A DNA stretch of 64,000 bases, taken from Mollicutes bacterium (GTDB lineage: Bacteria > Bacillota_I > Bacilli_A > RF39 > UBA660). The notes beneath the pieces were generated by a model that was not told the origin of the DNA, did no database searches, and was given only the letters and a program-made list of their open reading frames with translations. Shown here piece after piece: positions 1 through 10,261 of the stretch. How positions within the stretch are numbered: position 1 is the stretch's first letter; every line of letters starts with the position of its first letter. The translations under genes were made by a program, and so were the position numbers. The stretch spans positions 603-64,602 of the forward strand of contig JAAZKW010000003.1 in the NCBI GenBank assembly GCA_012799635.1, given 5' to 3'.

Positions 1-510
1 GATGCAAAAGTAACTATGGTTTGTCCATCGGGATATAAACCCAGTAAGGATAGAGATGATTGTTATGATAAACAACCATTTAATACTGATGGTTCCGCTC
101 TTTGGTGGTGTCTTCCACCATATAAAAAAATTGATGATGCATGTTATCATTTTAAATCAAAGGTTCCTAAGTATTCGTGTTCTAGTGGCACCTTAAGTAA
201 TAAAAAGTGCTACTCTTATGAAAAATATATTTCCGTTCAATATGTTTGTAGCGAAGGTACTTTAGAGGATAAGACTTGTTATAAATATGATCAGATGAGT
301 TGTGATTCTTGGAAAATTGTTACAACTAAAAAAGATAATTATGATTTTTTCTCAGTAGTGACATCAGATGGAGCTTGCTCAATAACCCCTAAAATTGTTT
401 GTGATGTTGATAATGTAGGTAATTCATATATATCAGAATGTACTCCATCGGAATATACATGCAATAAAGGAACAAAAATAGATAATAAGTATTGTTTAAT
501 AAATAAGTAA
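1..510 (+). CDS. Cys-rich secreted repeat protein, C-terminal part (5' end outside window)
   Basis: Frame is open from nt 1, with no stop before the first Met at 16. Five copies of a two-cysteine motif C-x2-G-[TY]-x4-7-C-[YK]. Stop at 508-510. Confidence 0.6.
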   Translation, partial: DAKVTMVCPSGYKPSKDRDDCYDKQPFNTDGSALWWCLPPYKKIDDACYHFKSKVPKYSCSSGTLSNKKCYSYEKYISVQYVCSEGTLEDKTCYKYDQMSCDSWKIVTTKKDNYDFFSVVTSDGACSITPKIVCDVDNVGNSYISECTPSEYTCNKGTKIDNKYCLINK

Positions 511-541
511 AGACTTTAATTTAGTAATAGGAGTATAAAGG

Positions 542-2173
542 ATGTTATTTTTTAAAGAGAAACTTGATATTGAAATGTTAACCTATAATTTTGTTTTAGA
601 TAAAGATAATAATCATTCTTATACATATAAAATAATTAATAATCATATTATATGTACTAAGAAAACGCTTTATCGTTTTCCTATGAAAAAAAATAAAGAT
701 GGTAATTATACTCTTAATTTAAAAAAGATTTTTAATATCACAAAAAATGATGAGTTAGAAAAGTGCTTTGGGTCAAAATTTAAAAATCAAGAAGTACTTA
801 TAGGTGTAGATGAAGATGATTTATATCATATATATTTTAAAACACTTAAAAATCCTCCATATAAATTTATGGAATATTGTTTGAAGAAATTTAAACAGTC
901 AATTGTTTGGTTTGCAATGCCTTTAGAAGTTACTTTTGCTACGCAATCTAGAGCATATTATTATGAGGATGGAAAGATTGTTTCTTTAATAGAAAAGTCA
1001 AAGAGTAAAAAAGAAATACAATATCTTAAAGAAAACAAATATGAAATAGGTTATTTTTTACCATATAAATATGTTTTTAAAGGAAATTATATTGATGCAT
1101 ATTCAACTGAACTAGGTAAAGAAAAATATATATGTAGTTGTTATAAGAGGGCAATTGAATGTAAAATAAAAATGTTTGATTATAATTTAAAAGATAATTA
1201 TTCAGTAAAAAAGCAAAAAAAAGCATTTTTAAAATTTTTAGGGTTACCAGAATATTATAATAATAAGATATTAGAATATAATATTCAAAATAAGTATGAA
1301 GAGTGTTTAAGTATCTTTAATTATAAAGATAAACTATGTCCTATATGTAATAATGTAAGACCCTTAAGGTATCAAAGTGAAAAGAGTTTTGATTTAGCAT
1401 ATAAACAAGAGTTTGAAAAAAGATGTAGTTTAAATGGTATTGTGCTTCTTTGTCATAATCAAGGGAAAATATTTTATATGGAAAGTTTGCTTTCAAATAA
1501 AGCAAAGAAAATTTTAAATTTTAATGATGATGATATCTTAAAAGAATTAAAGGGTAAAAAATGTGACTTTGATATTAAAAAAGAATTAAAAAAATTTAAT
1601 AATCTTCCTTTAAAAGATAAAAAAAATATTAAATGTAATTTAACCGAGGATATAACTAATATTAAAAAATTAGATTCTGCTTTTGTGAAGAAAGTACAAA
1701 ACGTTTTTCTTAAAAGATATAAATTGTTTTTAAATAGCATTAATAAAGAATTAAAAAAATATCATAAAGATGCTTTATCTTCAAAAAGGTTATTTAAGCC
1801 AGAGTTTGGTATTAATATTTATTTAATTAATAAGAATAATTTTTTAAAGATATCACTTGATACAGATATAATCGTTTTTACTGATTATTATAATAAGAAA
1901 AAAAATGTTTTTGAAAGAAAATCAAATGTAAAACTATTTGCAAATGTTATGGAAATAATTAGTTCAGAACATTTAACAATTGGAAGTAATGGAAAGTCAT
2001 ATAATCAATATTTTATTACTAATGGAAAAAAACAAAAAATAAATAAACGTGATGGTGTAAAAGGAGATTATAATTCTGTTGGACTTAATCATGCAATTAT
2101 AAAAATAAGATCATATCTAAATCCTAAAGAAGATGAAGTAATTATTAAATTAATTGATTATTGGCTTTTATAG
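542..2173 (+). CDS. hypothetical Lys/Asn-rich protein (543 aa)
   Basis: Long uninterrupted ORF with AGGAG about 8 nt upstream of the ATG. No domain recognised. Small Cys cluster (CPIC...C...C) in the middle. Confidence 0.65.
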   Translation: MLFFKEKLDIEMLTYNFVLDKDNNHSYTYKIINNHIICTKKTLYRFPMKKNKDGNYTLNLKKIFNITKNDELEKCFGSKFKNQEVLIGVDEDDLYHIYFKTLKNPPYKFMEYCLKKFKQSIVWFAMPLEVTFATQSRAYYYEDGKIVSLIEKSKSKKEIQYLKENKYEIGYFLPYKYVFKGNYIDAYSTELGKEKYICSCYKRAIECKIKMFDYNLKDNYSVKKQKKAFLKFLGLPEYYNNKILEYNIQNKYEECLSIFNYKDKLCPICNNVRPLRYQSEKSFDLAYKQEFEKRCSLNGIVLLCHNQGKIFYMESLLSNKAKKILNFNDDDILKELKGKKCDFDIKKELKKFNNLPLKDKKNIKCNLTEDITNIKKLDSAFVKKVQNVFLKRYKLFLNSINKELKKYHKDALSSKRLFKPEFGINIYLINKNNFLKISLDTDIIVFTDYYNKKKNVFERKSNVKLFANVMEIISSEHLTIGSNGKSYNQYFITNGKKQKINKRDGVKGDYNSVGLNHAIIKIRSYLNPKEDEVIIKLIDYWLL

Positions 2174-2277
2174 AGCACATTAATATATAAAATATTTTAA
2201 AGTTACTTGACATAAAAGTGTAAAAAAATATACAAATGCAAAAGTTTATAATATAATTATTATAGAAAGGAGTCTTT

Positions 2278-2760
2278 ATGAAGAGCAAGAGAGTCTTGTG
2301 GATATTTATTATACTTCTTGTTTTATTGGTAATTGCATTAAGTATATTATTATGTATTGAGAAAAACAACTATAAGTTAACTTTTAACTTAAATGGCGGT
2401 CAAGGAAAAAAATCAATGTTAGTTAAAAAAGATACTGAGATAAAATTGCCAAAACCTACAAAAGAAGGCTTTATCTTTGTAGGATGGTCTTCAGGTTCTC
2501 AAAACGAAACTGTGGGAAAAACAATAGAAGTTAATAGAGATTTAAAATTACAAGCCGTATGGAAAGAAAAAGCTGATCCAAATAAGAAATATACTTGTCC
2601 TGATGGTTATACTTTAGATGAAACGATGTGTAAGAAGCAAGTTAAATTAGAAAAAGTATGTAAAGGTTCAGTATGTAGTTGTCCAAGTAATTCTGTCAAT
2701 ATTACTGGTATAGGATGTATTGGCGTTAATATAATGCCAGCAGCTGTTTCTGAAAAATAA
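2278..2760 (+). CDS. membrane-anchored protein with a Listeria-Bacteroides (Flg_new-type) repeat and a Cys-rich tail
   Basis: N-terminal TM helix (VLWIFIILLVLLVIALSILL). YKLTFNLNGG...KEGFIFVGWS...LKLQAVW matches the Flg_new/InlB B-repeat pattern. The tail has the same YTCPDGYTLDETMCK motif as ORF 1-510. RBS AAAGGAG. Confidence 0.75.
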   Translation: MKSKRVLWIFIILLVLLVIALSILLCIEKNNYKLTFNLNGGQGKKSMLVKKDTEIKLPKPTKEGFIFVGWSSGSQNETVGKTIEVNRDLKLQAVWKEKADPNKKYTCPDGYTLDETMCKKQVKLEKVCKGSVCSCPSNSVNITGIGCIGVNIMPAAVSEK

Positions 2761-2795
2761 TTGTATTATTAGCAAAAAAATGATATTATTTATGT

Positions 2796-2978
2796 AATGT
2801 TTATTTGAAGAGTAATAATATTATTTATTAAAGAGAATTAGCATATGGTGAAAGCTATATAAAGCATATTATGAAAGACACAAATAGTTAAGACAATCGC
2901 ATAATTAGCGTTAAAGATTAAAGTGTGTGATAAAGTCATGAACTAAGGTGGTACCGCGGGTAAACTCGTCCTTAGATT
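2796..2978 (+). promoter_or_regulatory. T-box leader of aspS (Asp specifier GAC)
   Basis: Promoter TTGTAT(2761)-17 nt-TGaTATTAT(2784-2789). AGAGA box and GGTGAAAG distal-loop motif present. GAC followed by A at 2877-2880. T-box core AAGGTGGTACCGCGG at 2945-2959. Confidence 0.8.
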
Positions 2979-3005
2979 ATGGCTTTTTATTATTTAGGAG
3001 GATAT

Positions 3006-4751
3006 ATGAAAGAAAATATTTATCGTAGTATCTACTGTGGAAAAGTAAGTATAAAAGATGTTGGTAAAAAAGTTAGATTATCAGGATGGATTAATAACAT
3101 TAGAAATTTAGGTAGTTTAATATTTATTACCTTAAGAGATGAAACTGGTATTGTTCAGCTTATTACTGATGAAGAAAAATATAAGAGTCTTCATCGTGAA
3201 TCAACTATTTCAGTTGAAGGAATAGTAAATAAACGAACCGATGATATGATTAATAAAAATATGGTTACTGGTGAATTAGAGGTGAAAATACTTTCTTTAG
3301 AAGTTTTAGGAGATTGTGTTGATATTCTTCCTTTTGAAGTTAATAATTCTAAGGAATCAAGTGAAGAAACAAGATTACAGTATCGTTATTTAGATTTAAG
3401 AAATCCTGTGGTTCATGAGAGTATTTTGTTTAGAAGTAAAGTTATAGATTTTATTAGAACAAAAATGAAATCACTTGGATTTATAGAAATACAAACACCT
3501 ATTCTTACTGCTTCTTCACCAGAAGGAGCAAGAGATTTTATTGTTCCAGCAAGAAAGCATCCAGGAAAATTTTATGCTCTTCCTCAAGCACCCCAAATAT
3601 TTAAACAATTATTGATGGTATCAGGATTTGATAAATATTTTCAGATAGCGCCATGTTTTAGAGATGAAGATGCCAGATCTGATAGATTATATGGTGAATT
3701 TTACCAACTGGATTTTGAAATGAGCTTTGTAACAGAAGAAGATGTATATAAAGTTGGTGAAGATTTCTTTTATGATGTGTTTACTACTTTTAGTAATAAG
3801 AAAGTGTCTTCTAAACCTTTTAGAAGAATAAGTTATAATGATGCAATATTAAAATATGGTTCAGATAAACCTGATTTAAGAAATCCTCTTTTAATCGAAG
3901 ATGTTACTAAAATATTATCAAAAGCAGAATTCAATCCTTTTAAAGATACAACTATTAGATGTATTAAAGTAAGTAATGTTGATAAAAGTAATTCATGGTA
4001 TAAGATGATTGAAGAATATGTAAGAAAATTAAATGGTAATCTAGCATATATTAAAGTTGATGAAAATAATGAATTAAAATCATCAATACTTAAGTTTTTA
4101 AATAATGATATTATTAATGAGTTAATTAATAAATTTTCTTTAAAAGAAAAAGATGCTTTATTTATTGTAGCTGATAAAAAAAGATGTGCTAAAATAATGG
4201 GAGAACTTAGAATTAAACTTGGGGAAGAACTAAATTTAATAAATAAAGATCGTTATGAGTTTTGTATAATTAATAACTTTCCATTTTATGAAAGAAATGA
4301 AGAAACTAATAAAATAGAGTTTTCACATAATCCATTTAGTATGCCTCAAGGAGGATTAGATTCTTTAAATAATATGAATCCTTATGAAATTAAAGCTTAT
4401 CAATATGACTTTGTATGTAATGGTTATGAAATAGCATCTGGTGGAGTAAGGAATCATGATCGAAAAATTCTTAAAAAAGCATTTTCTATTGTAGGTTATG
4501 ACGAAAATGTTGTTAAATCTAAATTTCCATCATTATACGAAGCATTTAAATATGGTGCTCCTCCTCATGCTGGGATGGCTCCTGGTATTGATCGAATTAT
4601 TATGCTTTTAAAAGATGAAGAAAATATTAGAGAAATCGTTGCTTTTCCTCTTAGTGCTAATGGAACAGATACAATGATGGGATGTCCTTCAGAAGTGTTT
4701 GATCATCAACTTAAAGATGTGCATATTAAAATAGATTTTCAAGATAAATAA
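3006..4751 (+). CDS. aspS: aspartyl-tRNA synthetase
   Basis: Bacterial-type AspRS motifs (FYALPQAPQ, FQIAPCFRDED, GAPPHAGMAPGIDR). Start moved to the ATG at 3006, which follows AGGAGG; the track start at 2979 lies inside the leader. Confidence 0.95.
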   Translation: MKENIYRSIYCGKVSIKDVGKKVRLSGWINNIRNLGSLIFITLRDETGIVQLITDEEKYKSLHRESTISVEGIVNKRTDDMINKNMVTGELEVKILSLEVLGDCVDILPFEVNNSKESSEETRLQYRYLDLRNPVVHESILFRSKVIDFIRTKMKSLGFIEIQTPILTASSPEGARDFIVPARKHPGKFYALPQAPQIFKQLLMVSGFDKYFQIAPCFRDEDARSDRLYGEFYQLDFEMSFVTEEDVYKVGEDFFYDVFTTFSNKKVSSKPFRRISYNDAILKYGSDKPDLRNPLLIEDVTKILSKAEFNPFKDTTIRCIKVSNVDKSNSWYKMIEEYVRKLNGNLAYIKVDENNELKSSILKFLNNDIINELINKFSLKEKDALFIVADKKRCAKIMGELRIKLGEELNLINKDRYEFCIINNFPFYERNEETNKIEFSHNPFSMPQGGLDSLNNMNPYEIKAYQYDFVCNGYEIASGGVRNHDRKILKKAFSIVGYDENVVKSKFPSLYEAFKYGAPPHAGMAPGIDRIIMLLKDEENIREIVAFPLSANGTDTMMGCPSEVFDHQLKDVHIKIDFQDK

Positions 4752-4818
4752 ATTTACTTTTATGAAATCTTAATATATAATTAGATAAGAAAATAGTATG
4801 TTATGAAAGGAAGAGTTT

Positions 4819-5247
4819 ATGAAAAAAAATACATATTCAATTATATCTTTTACGCTTGCAATGGTGGTATTGCTTTTAAATACTTTATGGCCGGTTAACC
4901 TAAATTTAATAGTAGGCTTTGTTTTAATGACAATTCTTGCAATAGTATCTATTGTGTTTGGAATACTAGGTAGAAAAGAATCTAATAATATTAAAAATGA
5001 TAAGAAGTGGTTATATCGTATTGGAATTATTATTTCAACATTTTTTGGTTTTTTAGATCTTACAACGTTGATTCTTTTTTATCGTATAAATGATATTAAT
5101 TTTGCAGACCAATTTGCTTGTAATAATCCCCAATATGTTCAAAAATGTAAAAAAGGAAAGAAAAACATTTCTAAATGTATTTTTGCAGAAAGTATTAATA
5201 TTAAATGTTCTACTGATAAACTGAAAAAAGAACAATTTATAAAATAA
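4819..5247 (+). CDS. hypothetical membrane protein (3-4 TM)
   Basis: Hydrophobic segments in the N-terminal 90 aa, Cys-containing C-terminal tail, RBS GAAAGGAAG. Confidence 0.65.
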   Translation: MKKNTYSIISFTLAMVVLLLNTLWPVNLNLIVGFVLMTILAIVSIVFGILGRKESNNIKNDKKWLYRIGIIISTFFGFLDLTTLILFYRINDINFADQFACNNPQYVQKCKKGKKNISKCIFAESINIKCSTDKLKKEQFIK

Positions 5248-5343
5248 GATAAAGTAAGTTTATACTTGCTTTTTTTGAGATTAAAATTATAATTTGAAAT
5301 TATTATTTTAAATGGATATAATTTAGTAAGAAAGTAGGGTTGA

Positions 5344-6978
5344 ATGAAGAAAAAAGTAAGATTAACATTGATATTAACACTAATAGTAGTTGTCATAGGG
5401 GGCATTTTTTGTTTTTTTTATAATCAAAATAAAGAAGGTTATAGTGAAGGGCCTAAATTGATGCGATATGCAAAATATATAAGCGATATTAATTATGATG
5501 TGAATATAGGGTTATATGATGATCACATCAATATTTATGAATGTGATGACAAGGGATGCTTAACATTATTGTATGATTTAAAAAATAAAAAAAGATATAA
5601 AATTAAGGATCCAGTGTATGGAGAGTTTCTCGAGCGAATTGGTCAAACAAACAGTTTTTTATTTGCTAAAGATAATAAATATGGAATATTTAATGCTGAT
5701 AAAAACAAAATAATACCTGTTGATTATGAAAATATTGTTTTAGGTCAGAATAAAAGTGAGTATTTAATTGTTAAAAAAGATAATAAAGTAGGTTATATAA
5801 ATTATAAAGGAACGGTAATTATTCCAGTTGAATATGATTGTGAAGTATCTTTAGATTGTGTGGGCTGTTCTTGTTTATATAATTCTAGAAAAGAATATTC
5901 TTATAATGGAAATACTTATTTTATATTGAAAAAAAACGGAGAATTTAATCTAATAAATGAAAAAAATGAAATTCTATTAACAAGTAATAATGAAATAATT
6001 TATAATGATGAAACTAATTATTTGGAAATAAAAGATAAAGAAAAAAATAATTATTACTCTCTAGATGGTGAATTTATTAAAAGCATTATAATTAATTCTG
6101 ATTGGAATCTTAATGGAAAAAATTCAATAGCAACATTAGAAAATAACACGCATGAATATTATCAAAGCAAAAAAGAGGAAACTACATTATATATAATTAA
6201 TGAGAAACTAGAAGAAATTAAATTGGAACATGTATATTTTGAATATGAGTATCCAATTGGTGGTATTTTAGGGCCGCCTGAAGAAGTTATGAAATATGAT
6301 ATTGGTCCAACACAAAAATATTATTTAACAAATGATTATTATATAACTAAAGAGAACGATAAATATATTCAATATTCTTTAGAAAATAAAGAAAAATTAA
6401 ATGAGTTTTCTTATGTAAAAAATATTGCTTCTGATTATAGAATAGATGAAGCACATTATAACAATGTTATTGTAGCATGTAAAGAAAAAAATGAATGTGG
6501 TGTTTTTTTAAATGATGGTAAAATTTTATATGATTTTAAGTATAAGATGTCTATTTTAGATAATCTTACTGATTATGATGGGATAATAGAGTTAAAATTA
6601 GGAAAAGAACAAATATTTATCTTTGTAGTTGACGGAATAAAAAGATTTTTATGTGATAATATGCAAATTAATCATAGAAAAATTAGATTCAAAGATATAA
6701 ATTCAAAAATATATAAAAGAGATAATAATCTGTATAATGAGAATTGTCAAAAAATTAATGAAAAAGAAATTAATGATTATATTATAGCGGGAAATTATAT
6801 AATTGCTGAAATACTGAAAGAAAATGATGATTATAAGGATTATTATGTTTATAATATAAAGGGTGAAAAGATTAATTATATAATTCCTAATAATGTAAAA
6901 ATTAAAAATTATATTGGTATATATGATAATAAGATATATTTTTTAACAAACAAAGGAATATACTATTTAACTAATTAA
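5344..6978 (+). CDS. membrane-anchored WG-like beta-repeat protein
   Basis: N-terminal TM. Repeated K.G.I...G..IIPVxY[DE] units (KYGIFNADKNKIIPVDYENI, KVGYINYKGTVIIPVEYD) resemble WG-containing repeats. Confidence 0.6.
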   Translation: MKKKVRLTLILTLIVVVIGGIFCFFYNQNKEGYSEGPKLMRYAKYISDINYDVNIGLYDDHINIYECDDKGCLTLLYDLKNKKRYKIKDPVYGEFLERIGQTNSFLFAKDNKYGIFNADKNKIIPVDYENIVLGQNKSEYLIVKKDNKVGYINYKGTVIIPVEYDCEVSLDCVGCSCLYNSRKEYSYNGNTYFILKKNGEFNLINEKNEILLTSNNEIIYNDETNYLEIKDKEKNNYYSLDGEFIKSIIINSDWNLNGKNSIATLENNTHEYYQSKKEETTLYIINEKLEEIKLEHVYFEYEYPIGGILGPPEEVMKYDIGPTQKYYLTNDYYITKENDKYIQYSLENKEKLNEFSYVKNIASDYRIDEAHYNNVIVACKEKNECGVFLNDGKILYDFKYKMSILDNLTDYDGIIELKLGKEQIFIFVVDGIKRFLCDNMQINHRKIRFKDINSKIYKRDNNLYNENCQKINEKEINDYIIAGNYIIAEILKENDDYKDYYVYNIKGEKINYIIPNNVKIKNYIGIYDNKIYFLTNKGIYYLTN

Positions 6979-7051
6979 ATATAATAGCCATATACGTTTA
7001 TTTTATTGAATTATTACAATAATAATTGTATAATTATTTTAAGGAGGAAAT

Positions 7052-7672
7052 ATGAAAAAGTTTATAATAAGTATATTATTGTTATTATCTTTTTTTATAG
7101 TTAATGTTAAAGCAGAGAAGTTACCAGAAGTAACTGATCATGAAAAGGTAACAATATATATTTTTAGAGGAGATGGTTGTGGTTATTGTGGTAATGCAAT
7201 CGAATGGTTTTATAATCTAGGTGATAAATATGATGATTATTTTCAAGTAATTACATATGAAGTTTGGAATAATGATAGCAATGCTATTCTTCTTGAAGAG
7301 GTTGCTGCAGAACTAGATGTTGATATAAGTGGGGTTCCATTTATTGTTTTAGGAGATAAATTTTATGTAACTGGATTTAGCCCTGAAGATGGTGAAGAGC
7401 TTGTAGATGTTGCTTTGGAAGAATATCAAAATAAAAAATATAAAGATATTGTTGCTAAAATTTCTAAAGAAATATCTGATGATTTAACAAAAAATAAAAA
7501 TAAAGATAATGAAGAAATAGAATTACCTCAAAGTACATCTTTATATGCTGCTGCAAAAGATGAAGGTTTTGTAGTAGATAATAGTTCAGATACTGCTGCT
7601 ATATTAGGTATTTCTGCTGTGGTAGCAATAGTTATATTAGGTTTTATTGTTATAACAAGAAAACAAAATTAA
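7052..7672 (+). CDS. secreted thioredoxin-fold protein (CGYC) with C-terminal TM anchor
   Basis: Signal peptide, CxxC motif GDGCGYCGNAIEWF, C-terminal hydrophobic helix followed by RKQN. RBS AAGGAGG. Confidence 0.75.
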   Translation: MKKFIISILLLLSFFIVNVKAEKLPEVTDHEKVTIYIFRGDGCGYCGNAIEWFYNLGDKYDDYFQVITYEVWNNDSNAILLEEVAAELDVDISGVPFIVLGDKFYVTGFSPEDGEELVDVALEEYQNKKYKDIVAKISKEISDDLTKNKNKDNEEIELPQSTSLYAAAKDEGFVVDNSSDTAAILGISAVVAIVILGFIVITRKQN

Positions 7673-7684
7673 AAGGAATAAAAA

Positions 7685-8023
7685 ATGATAAAAGAATTTA
7701 AAGAATTTATTGCTCGTGGTAATGTATTAGATTTAGCTGTTGGTGTTATTATTGGAGGTGCTTTTGGAAAGATTGTTTCATCGCTTGTTAATCATATAAT
7801 TATGCCAATCATTGGAATAATTTTGGGAGGAATTAACTTTTCGAGTTTATATATTAGAGTAAAAGATGCAACTATTTATTATGGCGCCTTTATTCAAAAT
7901 ATAATTGATTTTATTATAATTGCTATATGTGTTTTTGTAATAGTTAAATCAGTTAATAACCTTTCTGCTTTTAAAAAAGAAGGCCTTAAAACTTCTAAGG
8001 AAGTAAAAAATAATTTAGAATAG
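7685..8023 (+). CDS. mscL: large-conductance mechanosensitive channel
   Basis: [31 protein letters not shown]... is the canonical MscL N-terminus and TM1. Size (112 aa) fits. Confidence 0.9.
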   Translation: MIKEFKEFIARGNVLDLAVGVIIGGAFGKIVSSLVNHIIMPIIGIILGGINFSSLYIRVKDATIYYGAFIQNIIDFIIIAICVFVIVKSVNNLSAFKKEGLKTSKEVKNNLE

Positions 8024-8040
8024 ATAAATTATAAATAAAG

Positions 8041-8064
8041 AGTGTTGAAGTTACAACGCTTTTT
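8041..8064 (+). terminator. intrinsic terminator after mscL
   Basis: 7-bp stem AGTGTTG/CAACGCT (one G.U), 6-nt loop, T-run. Confidence 0.55.
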
Positions 8065-8121
8065 ATATCAAAAATTTTTATTATGTGTTACAATAAACGC
8101 ATGAAGGAGGGTTTGGTTATT

Positions 8122-8412
8122 ATGAAAGAGGATTTTAATGGAAAAATACAAAATATAAGACATCTTCATAAGCTGATAAAACACAAAGATGGAGAGACCA
8201 TTTTTGAACAACAAGAAAAAGATAAAAAAAGGATATATGTTGTTATTATTACAAGTCTTATTATAATACTTATCATTCTTTCTAAAAAAATAGGGCAAGA
8301 AGTTTTAGAAAAGTATAATAAACCTATTAGGGATGAAATACAAGAGCTTAGTAATGATTTAATATTACAAGATCCTGCGATTGAAGAAATTATAATGACA
8401 CGTAAAAATTGA
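8122..8412 (+). CDS. hypothetical single-TM protein
   Basis: ATG at 8122 follows GAAGGAGGG. One TM (YVVIITSLIIILIIL). No homology recognised. Confidence 0.5.
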   Translation: MKEDFNGKIQNIRHLHKLIKHKDGETIFEQQEKDKKRIYVVIITSLIIILIILSKKIGQEVLEKYNKPIRDEIQELSNDLILQDPAIEEIIMTRKN

Positions 8413-8427
8413 CATAGGATATATATG

Positions 8428-8457
8428 AAAGAGTGTAAACTTATAGCACTCTTTTTT
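8428..8457 (+). terminator. intrinsic terminator
   Basis: 8-bp stem AAAGAGTG/CACTCTTT with T-run. Confidence 0.6.
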
Positions 8458-8497
8458 AATTATATGATAAAATAAGAAATGAAAAGGAGATATTAAA

Positions 8498-9805
8498 ATG
8501 TTTGAATACCTTGGAGATAGATTATCAACCGCAATAAAAAATATTAAAGGTTTAGGTAAAATTACTGAAGAAAATATATCTGATGCTATGAGAGAAATTC
8601 GAATGGCTCTTTTAGAGGCAGATGTTAACTATGAAGTTGTTAAAGAATTTACTAATAATGTAAAAGAAAAAGTACTAGGAGAAGAAGTAGGTAAGTCTTT
8701 AAGACCAGATGAAGTATTTATTAAAGTTGTTAAAGATGAACTTATCACTTTGTTAGGCAAGGAAAATGTTCCTTTAGAAATAAATAAGAAACCTACTGTT
8801 ATTATGTTAGTAGGGCTTCAGGGCTCAGGTAAAACAACAACAGCAGGTAAAATAGCTAATTTAGTTCGTAAAAAATATCATAAAAAGCCTCTTCTTGTAG
8901 CAGGTGATATTTATAGACCTGCTGCAATTGACCAACTTGAAGTAATAGGCAAAGAACTTAATATTGAAGTATTTAAAAAAGACAGTAAAGATGTTACTAA
9001 AATAGTTGATGAAGCCTTAAAATATGCTAATGAAAATAAATATGATTTTATTATTATAGATACTGCAGGAAGATTACAAATTAATGATGAATTAATGGAA
9101 GAACTTAAAAGTATTGAAAATAACTTTGATTTATCTGAAAAAATTTTAGTTCTTGATGCAATGATGGGACAAGATGCTATTAATGTCATAAATGGTTTTA
9201 ATGAAAAGTTAAATTTAACTGGAGCAATACTTACTAAAATGGATAGCAATACTAAAGGAGGAGTTGCTCTTTGTGTAAGACATTTAACAAATATTCCTAT
9301 TAAGTTTATATGTGACTCAGAAAAAATGGATGGTATTAGTGAGTTTAATTCTGAAAGAATGGCTGAAAGAATACTTGATATGGGAGATCTTTTATCAGTA
9401 GCTGAAAAAGTTGAAGGCTTAATGGATGAAGAAGAGGCTAAAGATCAAATTAGTAAAATAAGAAAAGGTTCTTATAATTTAGATGACTTTTTAAATAATT
9501 TAAAAGCTATTAAAAAATTAGGCCCTTTAGAAAACATTCTAAAACTTCTTCCTGGAGCAAGAAAGATGGGACTTAATAATATCAATATTAATCCAAAAGA
9601 AATGGCTCATATCGAAGCAATAATACTTTCTATGACACCATATGAAAGAAAGAATCCCGAAATATTAAAAGCATCAAGAAAACAAAGAATAGCTAAAGGA
9701 TCTGGAAGAAGTGTTGAAGAGATAAATAAACTTTTAAATCAGTTTGAAAATATGAAAAAAATGATGAAATCATTTACTAGTGGTAATATGCAACTACCAT
9801 TTTAA
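8498..9805 (+). CDS. ffh: signal recognition particle protein Ffh
   Basis: SRP54 N and G domains (GLQGSGKTTT, DTAGR, TKMD) and a Met-rich M domain. Confidence 0.95.
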   Translation: MFEYLGDRLSTAIKNIKGLGKITEENISDAMREIRMALLEADVNYEVVKEFTNNVKEKVLGEEVGKSLRPDEVFIKVVKDELITLLGKENVPLEINKKPTVIMLVGLQGSGKTTTAGKIANLVRKKYHKKPLLVAGDIYRPAAIDQLEVIGKELNIEVFKKDSKDVTKIVDEALKYANENKYDFIIIDTAGRLQINDELMEELKSIENNFDLSEKILVLDAMMGQDAINVINGFNEKLNLTGAILTKMDSNTKGGVALCVRHLTNIPIKFICDSEKMDGISEFNSERMAERILDMGDLLSVAEKVEGLMDEEEAKDQISKIRKGSYNLDDFLNNLKAIKKLGPLENILKLLPGARKMGLNNININPKEMAHIEAIILSMTPYERKNPEILKASRKQRIAKGSGRSVEEINKLLNQFENMKKMMKSFTSGNMQLPF

Positions 9806-9821
9806 AATAAAGGAGAAATTA

Positions 9822-10175
9822 ATGGGAAGTATTAGTTATGTTTATCAGCCAGAATGTTGGAAAATCGTAAAAAAGGGTATAAGTATATATGATGGTAAAC
9901 CAATTTATACTATGGTAATTGGAGGAGGTATTGATTACCTTCCATATGAGTTTGTGGAAAATATTTCAAAAGAAAACTATGACCGAATATTAAGTCGTGA
10001 ATATAAAATAAAGACCTTTGCTTATTCAAAAATAAAAATATTATTATTTAATAAGGAGGGTAATTTAATTCCTCTGGTAAATGGTAAGAAGGGGTATTAT
10101 GAAAACTTAACCGAGGAACAAAAAGAATTTATTAGTAATTATCAAAAAATATTTGTAAGAAGTAAATCTTATTAA
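9822..10175 (+). CDS. hypothetical protein (117 aa)
   Basis: ATG at 9822 follows AAGGAGA. The track start at 9780 overlaps the ffh 3' end and has no RBS. This occupies the slot where rpsP usually follows ffh, but it is not S16. Confidence 0.55.
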   Translation: MGSISYVYQPECWKIVKKGISIYDGKPIYTMVIGGGIDYLPYEFVENISKENYDRILSREYKIKTFAYSKIKILLFNKEGNLIPLVNGKKGYYENLTEEQKEFISNYQKIFVRSKSY

Positions 10176-10261
10176 TACATTATCATAAAGTTAATATTCT
10201 TTATTTTTTAATTATGTTGAAATAATAAGTGTTTTTTTATATAATAATAATAGGTGAAGAT

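Noticed and set aside
2979-3005. Longer N-termini suggested by the ORF track for aspS (2979), the giant surface protein (GTG 10229), 25020, 22881, 23723, 54740, 48965 and 9780.
   Set aside because: In each case a downstream ATG has a well-spaced GGAGG-type RBS or a promoter. The extension either overlaps a T-box leader, promoter or terminator, or encodes an implausible hydrophobic peptide.
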